Source of the DNA: Candidatus Desulfaltia sp.
GTDB taxonomy: Bacteria > Acidobacteriota > Aminicenantia > Aminicenantales > UBA8522
Length of the DNA: 64,000 bases
Assembly (NCBI GenBank): GCA_035528895.1
Contig: DATKXS010000151.1
Location: forward strand, 3,812 to 67,811
Direction: 5' to 3'
The first letter of the stretch is position 1, and every line of letters begins with the position of its first letter. The position numbers were made by a program, and so were the translations under genes. This document shows positions 55,037-64,000 of the stretch, piece by piece. Under the pieces are notes generated by a model. It was not told where the DNA came from and did no database searches. It was given only the letters and a program-made list of their open reading frames with translations.

Positions 55037-57472
55037 TCACTTTTCCCTGTCCGCCGGACCGGCGAATGTCTTCCAGGAGGCGGCCAGCCGCTCGAACTCC
55101 TGGGCGACGAGGAAATTCACCGTGCCCTCGTCGAAGGAACCGTCCTCCCTTATCGTGCCGGCCTCGACCCCGGTCAGGATCTCCATCCCCTCATCGACAC
55201 TCTTGATCGGATAGATGTGAAATTGGCCGGCGGCAACGGCCTCGATCAGGTCCTGGCGGAGCATCAGGTTCTGGACGTTCTGATGGGGGATGATGACGCC
55301 CTGGGTGCCGGTCAGCCCCTTGGCCCGGCAGACGTCGAAGAAGCCCTCGATCTTTTCGTTCACTCCTCCGATGGGCTGGATCTCACCCTTCTGGTTGATG
55401 GACCCGGTGACGGCGATGTCCTGGCGGAGAGGCAGCTTGGAGAGACTGGAAAGGATGGCATAGACTTCGGTCGAAGAAGCGCTGTCCCCGTCGATTCCTG
55501 AATAAGACTGTTCGAAAGCGATGCTGGCGGAGAGGGAGAAAGGCGTTCTCTGGGCGTACTTGCCCCTCAAATAGCCGCCCAGGATGAGGACCCCCTTGTT
55601 GTGGGTGGGCCCGCTCAGGTCGGCCTCCCGCTCGATGTTGATGACGCCGGCTCGGCCGACGGCCGTCTTGGCCGTGATGCGGATGGGCTTGCCGAAGGCG
55701 AATTGTCCCATGTCGTAGACCGACAGGCCGTTCACCTGGCCGACCTCCCGACCCTGGGTGTCGATCAGGATCGTCCCTTCCTCGATCATCTCCTGGATCT
55801 TGTCCTCGACCAGGCTAACGCGCTCGAAACGTTCCCGAACGGCCTTCTCCACGTGCTCCCGGCCGATGATCTTCTTCTGATCCATTTTCGCCCAGTAGTT
55901 GGCCTCACGGGTCACGTCGGCCAGGACGTGAAACCTCGTTGATACCTTTTTTTGCCGTCCGGCGATCCGCGTGCCGTACTCGATGATCGCCGCGATCCCG
56001 CCCTTGTCCACAGGGAAGAGACCGTCCTCCGTGCAGATCTTTTTGATGAAGCGGGCGTAATCCCGGATCGTCCGCTCGTCCTTGTTCGTCTCGGAATCGA
56101 ACTCGGCCTTGATCTTGAAAATCTTTTTGAAATCCTCGTCCAGGAAATACAGCAGGCTGTAAACAGAGGTATCCCCGATCATGACCACCTTGACATCGCA
56201 TTTGATGGGCTGGGGCTTGAGCCGGCTCGTGGATATCAGGTAGAAAGCAAGGTAGTTCTGGATCTCGAAGATTTGGTAGCGAAGGGTTCTCTTGAGAGTG
56301 GGCCAGACGCCCGGCTCGATCAGGGCGTCCAGGGCATTGATGACCAGGTAGCCGCCGTTGGCCTTCAGAAAGGAGCCCGCCTTGATCTTGGTGAAATCCG
56401 TCTGCCAGGCGCCCATTCGGGTGACCGCGGACTCGATCGTCCCGAACAGGTTGACGTAGTTGGGATTCGTCTCCATGACGACGGGTGCCCTCTTGACCTC
56501 CGAGTTGTCGACCAGCAGGTTCACCCTGTACTCCAGGAAAGCATCGGGGAGCTCCCTAGTCCTATCCTCTCTTTCGTCCTTCTTCTGGGTCTTGAAAAGG
56601 TCGATGTTGTTGATCAGGTTCTCCTCGACGAGGTTGAGGTAATCGGCGATCTGGACCTGGGTAAACCTTTCCCGCAGACCGGCGATGCCGCCTCTGATGA
56701 TGGGCGTGATGGCCTCGGCATCCCAGTTCTTGAGCTCCGTACGCGTCTCTTCATCGATCTCCTGCAGGCTTTCGAATATCCCCTCCAGCTCGGAGGTCAG
56801 CCGCTCGTACTTTTTCTTGAGGTCGTCCAGGTCCTTCTGCTCGAATTTCTTCTCCTTGACCATCGTCTCGAGCTCGCGGAAGGATACGCTCCGGTCCTCG
56901 ATCACCGGGACGAGGTCGGGCTTGATGAACAAGCCCATCTGGACCTGGACCACCGAGAATCCCTGCTGCGCCGCCCTTTCCTCGAAACTCTGGAGGATCT
57001 CCTTTTGCTTCTTCTGCCGGCTATCGGTGATGATTTCCTTTCTCTCCGTGTAGTACTTGCTCTTGAGCAGCATGGGGATATTGACCTTGAGCATGTCGAT
57101 GAGGGCGGCCATGCCGTCCTTGAAAAGACGTCCTTGTCCGGAAGGAAGAATGATCAGAGTGGGCTCATCGGGGTTCTTGAAATTGTTGACGTAGAGGATG
57201 TCATCGGGCGTTTTTTCTTCCTTTTCCAGCCTCTCCAGGAGCTGCTTGATCGTCGTCGTCCGGCCGGTGCCCACCAAGCCGGTGATAAAGATGTTGTAGC
57301 CGAGACTCTTGATATCGAGACCGGTCAGGATGGCCTTGAGGGCCCGGTCCTGGCCGATGATCTCATCGCAGGGCTTGCATTCATCGGTCGAGGCGAAGGG
57401 GATGGCCTCAGGCTCCAGATGCCAGCGAAGCTTCTCGGGAGGAAGTTCTTCGAACACTGCCTTTTCTCTCAT
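55037..57472 (-). CDS. Lon-like AAA+/S16 protease (COG1067 / LonC-BrxL-like family)
   Basis: About 810 aa. P-loop GLVGTGRTTT (Arg in place of the usual Lys) and a C-terminal S16 domain with the serine motif DGDSASS plus a downstream Lys (NQKGEIQPIGG). The likely start is MREKAV; the track ORF extends to 57595. Confidence 0.65.
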   Translation of the reverse strand: MREKAVFEELPPEKLRWHLEPEAIPFASTDECKPCDEIIGQDRALKAILTGLDIKSLGYNIFITGLVGTGRTTTIKQLLERLEKEEKTPDDILYVNNFKNPDEPTLIILPSGQGRLFKDGMAALIDMLKVNIPMLLKSKYYTERKEIITDSRQKKQKEILQSFEERAAQQGFSVVQVQMGLFIKPDLVPVIEDRSVSFRELETMVKEKKFEQKDLDDLKKKYERLTSELEGIFESLQEIDEETRTELKNWDAEAITPIIRGGIAGLRERFTQVQIADYLNLVEENLINNIDLFKTQKKDEREDRTRELPDAFLEYRVNLLVDNSEVKRAPVVMETNPNYVNLFGTIESAVTRMGAWQTDFTKIKAGSFLKANGGYLVINALDALIEPGVWPTLKRTLRYQIFEIQNYLAFYLISTSRLKPQPIKCDVKVVMIGDTSVYSLLYFLDEDFKKIFKIKAEFDSETNKDERTIRDYARFIKKICTEDGLFPVDKGGIAAIIEYGTRIAGRQKKVSTRFHVLADVTREANYWAKMDQKKIIGREHVEKAVRERFERVSLVEDKIQEMIEEGTILIDTQGREVGQVNGLSVYDMGQFAFGKPIRITAKTAVGRAGVINIEREADLSGPTHNKGVLILGGYLRGKYAQRTPFSLSASIAFEQSYSGIDGDSASSTEVYAILSSLSKLPLRQDIAVTGSINQKGEIQPIGGVNEKIEGFFDVCRAKGLTGTQGVIIPHQNVQNLMLRQDLIEAVAAGQFHIYPIKSVDEGMEILTGVEAGTIREDGSFDEGTVNFLVAQEFERLAASWKTFAGPADREK

Positions 57473-57703
57473 CCGCAGACTCCTTGTCGGTCGTGGCCGG
57501 ACGATCGTTTTCCCTACATACCACAAAATCGTTGAGGAGACAATCCTTCTGAGCCTTCGGGGGACGTTCCCCAAAGAGACACCCTTCGGCAGCATGCCCT
57601 TTTACTAACCAAGGGTGTCCCTTTGGGGAACGTCCCCTAAAAAGATGATGAAAAAAACTTCCTGATTTGCTAGAATAGGGGAAAATCCGTGAGGGAGCAA
57701 ACG

Positions 57704-58486
57704 ATGAATTTTAAGAACCTGTTGACCAGGAAAAGCGACGGGATCGGTTGGATCACGATCAACCGTCCCGACAAGCTCAACGCTATGAATATCGAGACCA
57801 TCGAGGAGCTCAGGACCGCTTTCCGGGAGTTCGGCGACGATCCCGAGGTCAAGGCGGTCATTTTTACAGGGGCGGGGGAGAAGGCCTTCATAGCGGGCGC
57901 CGACATCAGCGAGTTCATCCACCTCGATGCCGAGAAGGGCCGGGAGTACGCCCGCCGCGGCCAGGAGTTGACCAAGACGATCGAGGATTTTCCCAAGCCG
58001 GTGATCGCGGCGATCAACGGCTACGCTCTCGGCGGCGGCACCGAGTTCGCCCTCGCCTGTCACATCCGGCTGGCTTCCGAGAATGCCAAGCTGGGGCAAC
58101 CCGAGGTCAAGCTGGGAATCATCCCCGGATACGGAGGGACCCAGCGGCTGGCCCGGCTGGTCGGGAAAGGCAAGGCCATGGAGATGATCCTTTCCGGACG
58201 CATTATCGAGGCCGGCGAAGCCTGCGAGATCGGACTCGTCAACAAAGTCGTTCCGGCGGCGGAGCTCTTGTCCGCGGCGGAAGCCATGGCCAAAGAAATA
58301 ATCAGGAATGCCCCCCTTGCCTTGGCCTATTCCATCGAAGCGATCAACCACGGGCTGGACAGGACTCTGGCAGAGGGGCTGGAGCTCGAGGCCGAAATCT
58401 TCGGCCGCTCCTGCGCGACCGAGGACTTTCGCGAGGGAGCCAAGGCCTTTATCGAAAAAAGGAAACCGGATTTTCGCGGTCGATGA
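57704..58486 (+). CDS. Enoyl-CoA hydratase/isomerase (crotonase family)
   Basis: ITINRPDKLNAMN, FTGAGEKAFIAGADI and AAINGYALGGGTEFALACH are the canonical crotonase oxyanion-hole motifs. Confidence 0.85.
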   Translation: MNFKNLLTRKSDGIGWITINRPDKLNAMNIETIEELRTAFREFGDDPEVKAVIFTGAGEKAFIAGADISEFIHLDAEKGREYARRGQELTKTIEDFPKPVIAAINGYALGGGTEFALACHIRLASENAKLGQPEVKLGIIPGYGGTQRLARLVGKGKAMEMILSGRIIEAGEACEIGLVNKVVPAAELLSAAEAMAKEIIRNAPLALAYSIEAINHGLDRTLAEGLELEAEIFGRSCATEDFREGAKAFIEKRKPDFRGR

Positions 58487-58498
58487 AAGAGGTGTGAT

Positions 58499-58969
58499 AT
58501 GGAGACATACCAGGGTAAACTGCAGGCCAAAGGGTTCAAAATCGGCATCGTGGTCAGCCGCTTCAACAATTTCGTTTCCGAACGGCTCCTCGAGGGAGCT
58601 TTGGACGCCCTGACCAAGCTGGGCGCAGCCGAGACGGACATCACCGTTTTCAAGGTTCCGGGCTCGTTCGAGGTCCCTTTCCTGGTGAAGAAGCTGGCCC
58701 GGTCGAAAAAGGTGGACGGCATCATCTGCCTGGGCGCGCTCATCCGGGGCGATACCCCTCATTTCGATTACTTGAGCGCCGAGGTGACCAAGGGGATCGC
58801 CCAGATCGCCATGGACGAGGGGATCCCCTGCTCTTTCGGTATCCTGACGGTCGAGACGATCGAGCAGGGCATCGAGCGGGCCGGCGCAAAATCCGGCAAC
58901 AAGGGGTGGGACGCCGCTCTTTCCGTCGTCGAGATGCTGAACCTGGTCAAGACCGCCAAGCTGGGCTGA
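58499..58969 (+). CDS. ribH: 6,7-dimethyl-8-ribityllumazine synthase
   Basis: 156 aa. [20 protein letters not shown](V)P and GVLIRG-type motifs typical of RibH. Confidence 0.9.
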   Translation: METYQGKLQAKGFKIGIVVSRFNNFVSERLLEGALDALTKLGAAETDITVFKVPGSFEVPFLVKKLARSKKVDGIICLGALIRGDTPHFDYLSAEVTKGIAQIAMDEGIPCSFGILTVETIEQGIERAGAKSGNKGWDAALSVVEMLNLVKTAKLG

Positions 58970-58981
58970 GGCTCGTGTCCC

Positions 58982-59437
58982 ATGGGCCAGAGACGGAAAG
59001 CCCGGGAAAGCGCTCTCCAGATCCTCTACCAGCTGGAGTTCGATGAGACCGGGGCCCGGAAGGCGGTCGATTCCTTCTGGAGGAAGAAGAAGGCGCCGGC
59101 CGAGACAAAGGACTACTGCCGCTGGCTGGTCGAAGGGATCCTGGCCGATCGGGGCGAGATCGACGAAGCCATCCAGTCCATTTCCGAACACTGGCGCATC
59201 GCCCGCATGGCGCTCGTCGACCGGAACATCCTGCGTTTGGCGGCCTTTGAGCTTCTCCGCGCCGACCCCATCGCTCCGGCGATCGTCATCAACGAGGCCA
59301 TTGAGATCGCCAAAAAATACAGCGGCCCGGAGGCGGCCACCTTTGTCAACGGGATCCTGGATGCCCTGAGAAAGAAGATTCAAGCTGGAGCCAAGCCCGA
59401 GCGCGAGGTCAAACATGTCCGAAAAGACAGACAATAA
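58982..59437 (+). CDS. nusB: Transcription antitermination factor NusB
   Basis: 151 aa all-helical protein. RRKARESALQILYQLEF and ...RNILRLAAFELL... are characteristic NusB blocks. Confidence 0.85.
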   Translation: MGQRRKARESALQILYQLEFDETGARKAVDSFWRKKKAPAETKDYCRWLVEGILADRGEIDEAIQSISEHWRIARMALVDRNILRLAAFELLRADPIAPAIVINEAIEIAKKYSGPEAATFVNGILDALRKKIQAGAKPEREVKHVRKDRQ

Positions 59438-60935
59438 GGAAAAACCAAGCCCCACCGAAGAGCCCAAAAAGACTGACCAGGACATCTCCCGGGAAGAAAA
59501 GATCGTCAAGCTGGCCGAAGCAGGAGTCGATCTCTTTCCCCACCGGGCGGAGAGAACGCACTCCGTGTTCGAGGTCGTCGGGGACTTCGCGGCCTTGAAG
59601 CCGGAAGAGCTCGAGAAGAAGAAGGTCGAGGTCGTCGTCCCGGGCCGGATCCTGTCGATCCGCAAGATGGGCCGGGCGACCTTCGCCACGGTCTCCGATA
59701 GCCGGGCCAAGCTCCAGATCTATCTCCGGGAGGACCGCATCGGCGAGAAGGCCTACAGGCTTTGGCAGCTTCTGGACATCGGCGACTTCGTCAACATCCG
59801 GGGAACCCTCTTCAAGACCAGGACCGGGGAGTTGACCGTCCTGGTTCAGGCCTACACGTTGCTGGCCAAATGTCTGCACCCATTGCCGGAGAAATGGCAT
59901 GGCCTCCAGGACGTTGAATTGCGCTACCGCCGCCGGTATCTGGACCTCATCATGAACCCGGAGGTCGGCGAAGTCTTCCGGCTGCGCAGCCGGATGATCG
60001 CCGAGATCCGCCGGTTCTTCGACAGCCGTGGCTATATAGAGGTCGAAACGCCGATGATGCAGCCTATCCCGGGGGGGGCGTTGGCCCGGCCGTTCAAGAC
60101 GTTCCACAACGCCCTTGGGATCGACCTCTATCTGCGGATCGCGCCCGAACTCTACCTGAAGCGCCTCACCGTGGGCGGGATGGAGAAAGTCTACGAGATC
60201 AACCGGAATTTCCGCAACGAAGGCATCTCCTCGGAGCACAACCCGGAATTCACCATGCTCGAGTTCTACGAAGCCTACAGTGATTATCATGACATGATGA
60301 ACCTGACCGAAGAGCTGCTCCATTCCCTCTCCTTGATGCTTCTCAATAAGGAGGACTTCCCCTATGGGGACGAGATCATTTCCTTCCGGAAACCGTTCGC
60401 CCGCTTGAAGTACAGGGATGCGGTCGTAGCCCATAGCGGCCTGGCGCCCGGCCGATTCGAAAGCCCCCAGGAGGTGATCTCTTTCGCCGCCGGCCTGGCC
60501 GCAGAAAACCAGCCTCTCTCTCATGCAAAAGCTCTTGATCTCATTTTCGATAAGCTGGTCAAACCCAGGATCGTCCAGCCGACCTTCGTCACCAACATCC
60601 CTAAGGAAATCTCTCCCCTGGCCAAGGCCTCCCGCGACAATCCCGAGGAGACGGAGCGCTTCGAGCTCATCGTGGCCGGGATGGAGATCGCCAATGCGTT
60701 CAGCGAGCTCTCCGACCCTCAGGAGCAGCGGCGGCGCTTCGAGCAGCAGGCCGAGGAGAAAAAGAAAGGGGATGAGGAATCCCATTGGATCGACCTGGAT
60801 TACGTCCAGGCTCTCGAGTACGGCCTCCCGCCCACGGGAGGGGAGGGGATCGGGATCGACCGCCTGACCATGCTCCTGGCCAACCGGAGATCGATCCGCG
60901 AGGTCATCCTTTTTCCGCTGTTGAGACCGAAATAG
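59415..60935 (+). CDS. lysS: Lysine--tRNA ligase (class II)
   Basis: 506 aa. N-terminal OB-fold anticodon-binding domain, then class II motifs (FRNEG, GGMEIANAFSELSDP, GLPPTGGEGIGIDRL). Confidence 0.9.
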   Translation: MSEKTDNKEKPSPTEEPKKTDQDISREEKIVKLAEAGVDLFPHRAERTHSVFEVVGDFAALKPEELEKKKVEVVVPGRILSIRKMGRATFATVSDSRAKLQIYLREDRIGEKAYRLWQLLDIGDFVNIRGTLFKTRTGELTVLVQAYTLLAKCLHPLPEKWHGLQDVELRYRRRYLDLIMNPEVGEVFRLRSRMIAEIRRFFDSRGYIEVETPMMQPIPGGALARPFKTFHNALGIDLYLRIAPELYLKRLTVGGMEKVYEINRNFRNEGISSEHNPEFTMLEFYEAYSDYHDMMNLTEELLHSLSLMLLNKEDFPYGDEIISFRKPFARLKYRDAVVAHSGLAPGRFESPQEVISFAAGLAAENQPLSHAKALDLIFDKLVKPRIVQPTFVTNIPKEISPLAKASRDNPEETERFELIVAGMEIANAFSELSDPQEQRRRFEQQAEEKKKGDEESHWIDLDYVQALEYGLPPTGGEGIGIDRLTMLLANRRSIREVILFPLLRPK

Positions 60936-60945
60936 CCAGGGTCTG

Positions 60946-62163
60946 ATGAGCTACGAGTTCTTTATTGCTTCACGCTACCTCAAGGCGAAAAGGAGGCAGG
61001 CTTTTGTCTCGGTGATCACCCTCATCTCGACTCTGGGGATTGCCATCGGGGTCATGGCCCTGGTCATCGCTCTGGCTCTGATTACCGGGTTCCAGGAGGA
61101 CGTCCAGGACAAGATTCTGGGCGCAACCTCTCATATCATGGTCTCCGATCTGAGCGGAGAAGGGCTGGCCGGCTACGAAGAGCTGATCGACAAGGTGCGC
61201 GGCGTCAAAGGCGTCCGGGTAGTGTCGCCCATCATCTATGACATGGTGCTTATCAGCGGGCCATACAAGAGCAAGGGAGGGATGCTCAAGGGGGTCGATT
61301 TCGAGCTCGATAAGAAAAGTTATAGTTGGCTGGAAAACCTGGATCAGGGTGAACTGCCCACCGATTCACCGCAGGAGGGCATCCTCCTCGGCCGGGATCT
61401 CGCTTTCTCCACCGGCGCGAACATCGGGGACGTGGTCATCGTGCTGACCTCCTCATCCCGGCTTTCTCCCCTGGGGCCGATTCCCAAGCAGAAGAAGTTC
61501 GTGGTCACCGGTATCTTCTCCACCGGCCTCTACGAATTCGACTCCGCGACGGCCCTCATCTCGCTGCGCTCGGCTCAGAGATTTTTCAACCTGGAAGGGA
61601 GGATTAACCATCTCCAGCTCAAGATCGCCGACATCTTCCGGGCTCCCGAGGTCGCTGAGGAACTGCGGCATGTTTTGCCGCCGACGACCTACGTGACCAC
61701 CTGGATGGAGCTCAACCGCTCCCTGTTCTCGGCTCTGAAATTGGAAAAGAACATCATGTTCCTAACCATCACCCTGATCGTGATCGTGGCCGCCCTGAAC
61801 ATCATCGCGACACTCATCCTGATGGTCATGGAGAAGACGCGGGACATCGGCATCCTGTTGGCCATCGGCTCCACCTCCAGGAGCGTCCGAAAGATCTTCT
61901 TCCTCCAAGGAGCGATGATCGGAGTCATCGGGACGAGCGCCGGCGTCGTCCTCGGACTCCTCTGCTGCTGGTTGGCCAATACCTTCAAGTTGATCAAAGT
62001 CCCGGTCGACATCTACCAGATAACCTACGTCCCTTTTCATATCAAACCGACCGATCTGTTGATCATTATCGGGGTCAGCCTCTCCATCAGTCTCCTCTCG
62101 ACTCTGTTCCCCTCGCACCGCGCTTCCAAGGTCGACCCCGTAGTGGCTTTGAAATATGGATAA
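60946..62163 (+). CDS. Lipoprotein-releasing system permease (LolC/LolE family, FtsX-type)
   Basis: 405 aa. MSYEFFIASRYLKAKRRQAFVS is the hallmark LolC/E N-terminus. Four TM helices with a periplasmic domain. Followed by LolD. Confidence 0.8.
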   Translation: MSYEFFIASRYLKAKRRQAFVSVITLISTLGIAIGVMALVIALALITGFQEDVQDKILGATSHIMVSDLSGEGLAGYEELIDKVRGVKGVRVVSPIIYDMVLISGPYKSKGGMLKGVDFELDKKSYSWLENLDQGELPTDSPQEGILLGRDLAFSTGANIGDVVIVLTSSSRLSPLGPIPKQKKFVVTGIFSTGLYEFDSATALISLRSAQRFFNLEGRINHLQLKIADIFRAPEVAEELRHVLPPTTYVTTWMELNRSLFSALKLEKNIMFLTITLIVIVAALNIIATLILMVMEKTRDIGILLAIGSTSRSVRKIFFLQGAMIGVIGTSAGVVLGLLCCWLANTFKLIKVPVDIYQITYVPFHIKPTDLLIIIGVSLSISLLSTLFPSHRASKVDPVVALKYG

Positions 62164-62833
62164 TCTAATCGTCGCCGAGAAAGTCGGCAAGACGTACCCT
62201 CTGCCCAGGGGTGTGCTCCGGGTGTTCGAGGGACTTGATTTCAGGCTCGAGCAGGGTGACCTGGTGGCCGTCATGGGGGCATCCGGAGTCGGGAAGACGA
62301 CCTTCCTCAACCTGCTCGGCGCCCTGGACAGGCCGACCGAGGGGACGATCTATCTGGAAGGCGAGGATATCCAGGCCAAAGACGATAAGGAGCGGGCCCG
62401 CCTGCGCAATGAGAAGATCGGGTTCGTCTTTCAATTCTACCATCTGCTGCCCGAATTCACGGCCCTGGAGAACGTCTTTCTTCCGCTTCTGATAAAAGGG
62501 ACGGACGGGCGCCAGGCCGTTCTCCGGGCCAGGGCGATCCTGAAAGAGGTTTTTCTCGAAGACAAAACAGAGCAGAAGCCCAGCCGGCTCTCGGGAGGAG
62601 AGCAACAGCGCGTGGCCATCGCCCGCGCCCTGGTCAACGAGCCCAGGCTTCTCCTGGCCGACGAGCCTACCGGCAACCTGGACTGGAGGAGCGGGGAGGC
62701 CATTATGGCCTTGATCCAAGACCTGCATGCCAGGAAGGGCCTTTCCTCGATCATCGTCACCCATAATGAGAAGATCGCCGCCTACTGCCGGAAGGTCTAT
62801 ATGATGGAGGCCGGGCAGTTGAAACGCATTTGA
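62156..62833 (+). CDS. lolD: Lipoprotein-releasing system ATP-binding protein LolD
   Basis: Walker A GASGVGKTT, ABC signature LSGGEQQRVAIARAL, Walker B LLLADEPTGNLD, H-loop. Confidence 0.85.
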   Translation: MDNLIVAEKVGKTYPLPRGVLRVFEGLDFRLEQGDLVAVMGASGVGKTTFLNLLGALDRPTEGTIYLEGEDIQAKDDKERARLRNEKIGFVFQFYHLLPEFTALENVFLPLLIKGTDGRQAVLRARAILKEVFLEDKTEQKPSRLSGGEQQRVAIARALVNEPRLLLADEPTGNLDWRSGEAIMALIQDLHARKGLSSIIVTHNEKIAAYCRKVYMMEAGQLKRI

Positions 62834-62930
62834 CCCGCCTGTCGTTATAAAAATTTGGAAAGGCCGGGAAGCCGACCCCTCTCCGCTGGAGCTTGGAAAA
62901 ATCGCGACGATATGGTATAAGGATAAGGAA

Positions 62931-64000
62931 ATGAAGAAGTTAGTCTGGCTTTTGATCCCTCTTTTTTTCCCCCTGGCCCTGCCCGGCCAGGAGCGTGTAG
63001 AAAAGATTGATATCGTCGGCAACGAGCGCGTCAGCCGGGAGACAATTCTCTATTACCTGACCTCCCGAGAGGGGGATTATTTCAGCGAGGACTCGCTGCG
63101 GAAGGATTTCCGGGTTCTCTGGTCGACGGGATTCTTCTCCGACATCCGGATCGAAGAGCAGAACGGGACAACGGGGAAGGTCGTCAAGATCTTCGTCGAG
63201 GAGAACCCGGTGATCAAGGCGATCAATTACAAGACGGGAAAGAAGGTTAAAGAGGACGATATCGTCAACAAACTCAAGGAGAAAGACGATTATATCCTGC
63301 CTTATTCCTACTATAGCTCTGCCAAGGTCCAGAAAGTCAAGGATACCATCATGGACCTCCTTCTGGAGAAGGGGCTCTATGCCGCCAAGGTCGATGTGCA
63401 GACGGACCGGAAGGGCCAGAACGAGGTGGAGGTGCTCTTCAAGATCGATGAGGGGCCCAAGGTCCGGGTCGGCGAAGTCCTCTTCGTCGGCCTGCCGAAA
63501 GTCCCCCAGAGCGAGCTCCAGCTGGCCATGGACTCGAACCGGCCTCACAGCCTCATCTCCTGGGTCGGCGGAAAGGATGTCTACAAAGAGAACCGGCTCC
63601 GGGAAGAGATCGACAATATCAAGGCCAAGTTTCAGGAGCTCGGCTACATGGAGGCCACCGTCGACGAGCCCCGCATCGAGGAGATGACCAAGACGACGGT
63701 CTTTCTTAAAAAGCAGAAGATGATCAAGATCATCTTCCCGGTGAACGCCGGCTATCGGTATTCCGTGGGTGAAGTGGCCGTGGACGGCAACAAGGCCATC
63801 TCCACGGATTACCTCCGCAGTCTGATCAAGTTCGAGAAGGGCGACATCTACAGCACCAAGGTCAGGGAGAAAAGCGTCGAGGATATCGGCGAGGCCTATC
63901 GCAACATCGGCTTTCTCTATGCCCAGGTCCAGCCTGTCGAGAGCCTCGACCCCAAGAACAAACGCGTCAACGTGACCTATACTGTCTATGAAGGGGAAGT
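62931..64000 (+). CDS. bamA: Outer membrane protein assembly factor BamA (N-terminal POTRA region; continues past window end)
   Basis: Signal peptide MKKLVWLLIPLFFPLAL, then repeated POTRA-like units (IEKIDIVGNERVSRETIL..., VGEVLFVGLPKV..., SVGEVAVDGNKAIS...). Confidence 0.8.
   Translation, partial: MKKLVWLLIPLFFPLALPGQERVEKIDIVGNERVSRETILYYLTSREGDYFSEDSLRKDFRVLWSTGFFSDIRIEEQNGTTGKVVKIFVEENPVIKAINYKTGKKVKEDDIVNKLKEKDDYILPYSYYSSAKVQKVKDTIMDLLLEKGLYAAKVDVQTDRKGQNEVEVLFKIDEGPKVRVGEVLFVGLPKVPQSELQLAMDSNRPHSLISWVGGKDVYKENRLREEIDNIKAKFQELGYMEATVDEPRIEEMTKTTVFLKKQKMIKIIFPVNAGYRYSVGEVAVDGNKAISTDYLRSLIKFEKGDIYSTKVREKSVEDIGEAYRNIGFLYAQVQPVESLDPKNKRVNVTYTVYEGE

Noticed and set aside
55037-57472. Lon-like protease as part of a BREX defence system
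   Set aside because: No brxA/B/C, pglX or pglZ-like genes flank it. A single BrxL-like gene is insufficient to call BREX.
57605-59710. 701-aa minus-strand ORF across crotonase, ribH and nusB
   Set aside because: It lies antisense to three compact, well-conserved housekeeping genes.
1-64000. CRISPR arrays or tandem direct repeats
   Set aside because: No regularly spaced short direct repeats were seen anywhere in the window on reading through intergenic regions.

Overview
High-GC (about 60-65 %) chromosomal window from a diderm anaerobe. BamA, LolCDE and an outer-membrane beta-barrel protein are present; no taxon can be assigned from sequence alone. The dominant feature is a 16.5-kb same-strand supercluster (about 9.6-26.1 kb) encoding the carbonyl branch of the Wood-Ljungdahl pathway: CooS/AcsA, AcsB, two CooC-type maturases, the corrinoid Fe-S protein AcsC/AcsD and a RACo-type activator. 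It is flanked on both sides by corrinoid-dependent methyltransferase modules. Upstream is a B12-binding corrinoid protein, a CooC and an MtaA/MtsA-like URO-D-family zinc methyltransferase. Downstream are a homocysteine-binding-domain methyltransferase, a second corrinoid protein and two non-pyrrolysine MttB-family methyltransferases. No AcsE-type pterin methyltransferase is visible in the cluster. A PocR-domain AraC regulator sits divergently at its 5' end. The rest of the window is mostly housekeeping: IspB-like prenyl synthase, YajQ, EF-P, RibH, NusB, LysS, FabH, TatD, alanine dehydrogenase, an AlaX-type tRNA editing protein, a crotonase and a CoA-transferase. There is also a NuoEFG-like plus NfnAB-like flavin/Fe-S oxidoreductase cluster and tandem FtsX-type permeases. 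A small putative mobile-element remnant is present: a leaderless XRE regulator plus a tyrosine integrase next to tRNA-Lys(CTT). Other items are an orphan ParA/MinD ATPase paired with a J-domain/HTH protein, an S55-like peptidase plus secreted beta-propeller pair, a stand-alone Lon-like protease, and a 117-bp GC-rich element with perfect 16-bp terminal inverted repeats upstream of ald. Product calls rest on remembered family motifs, not database searches.
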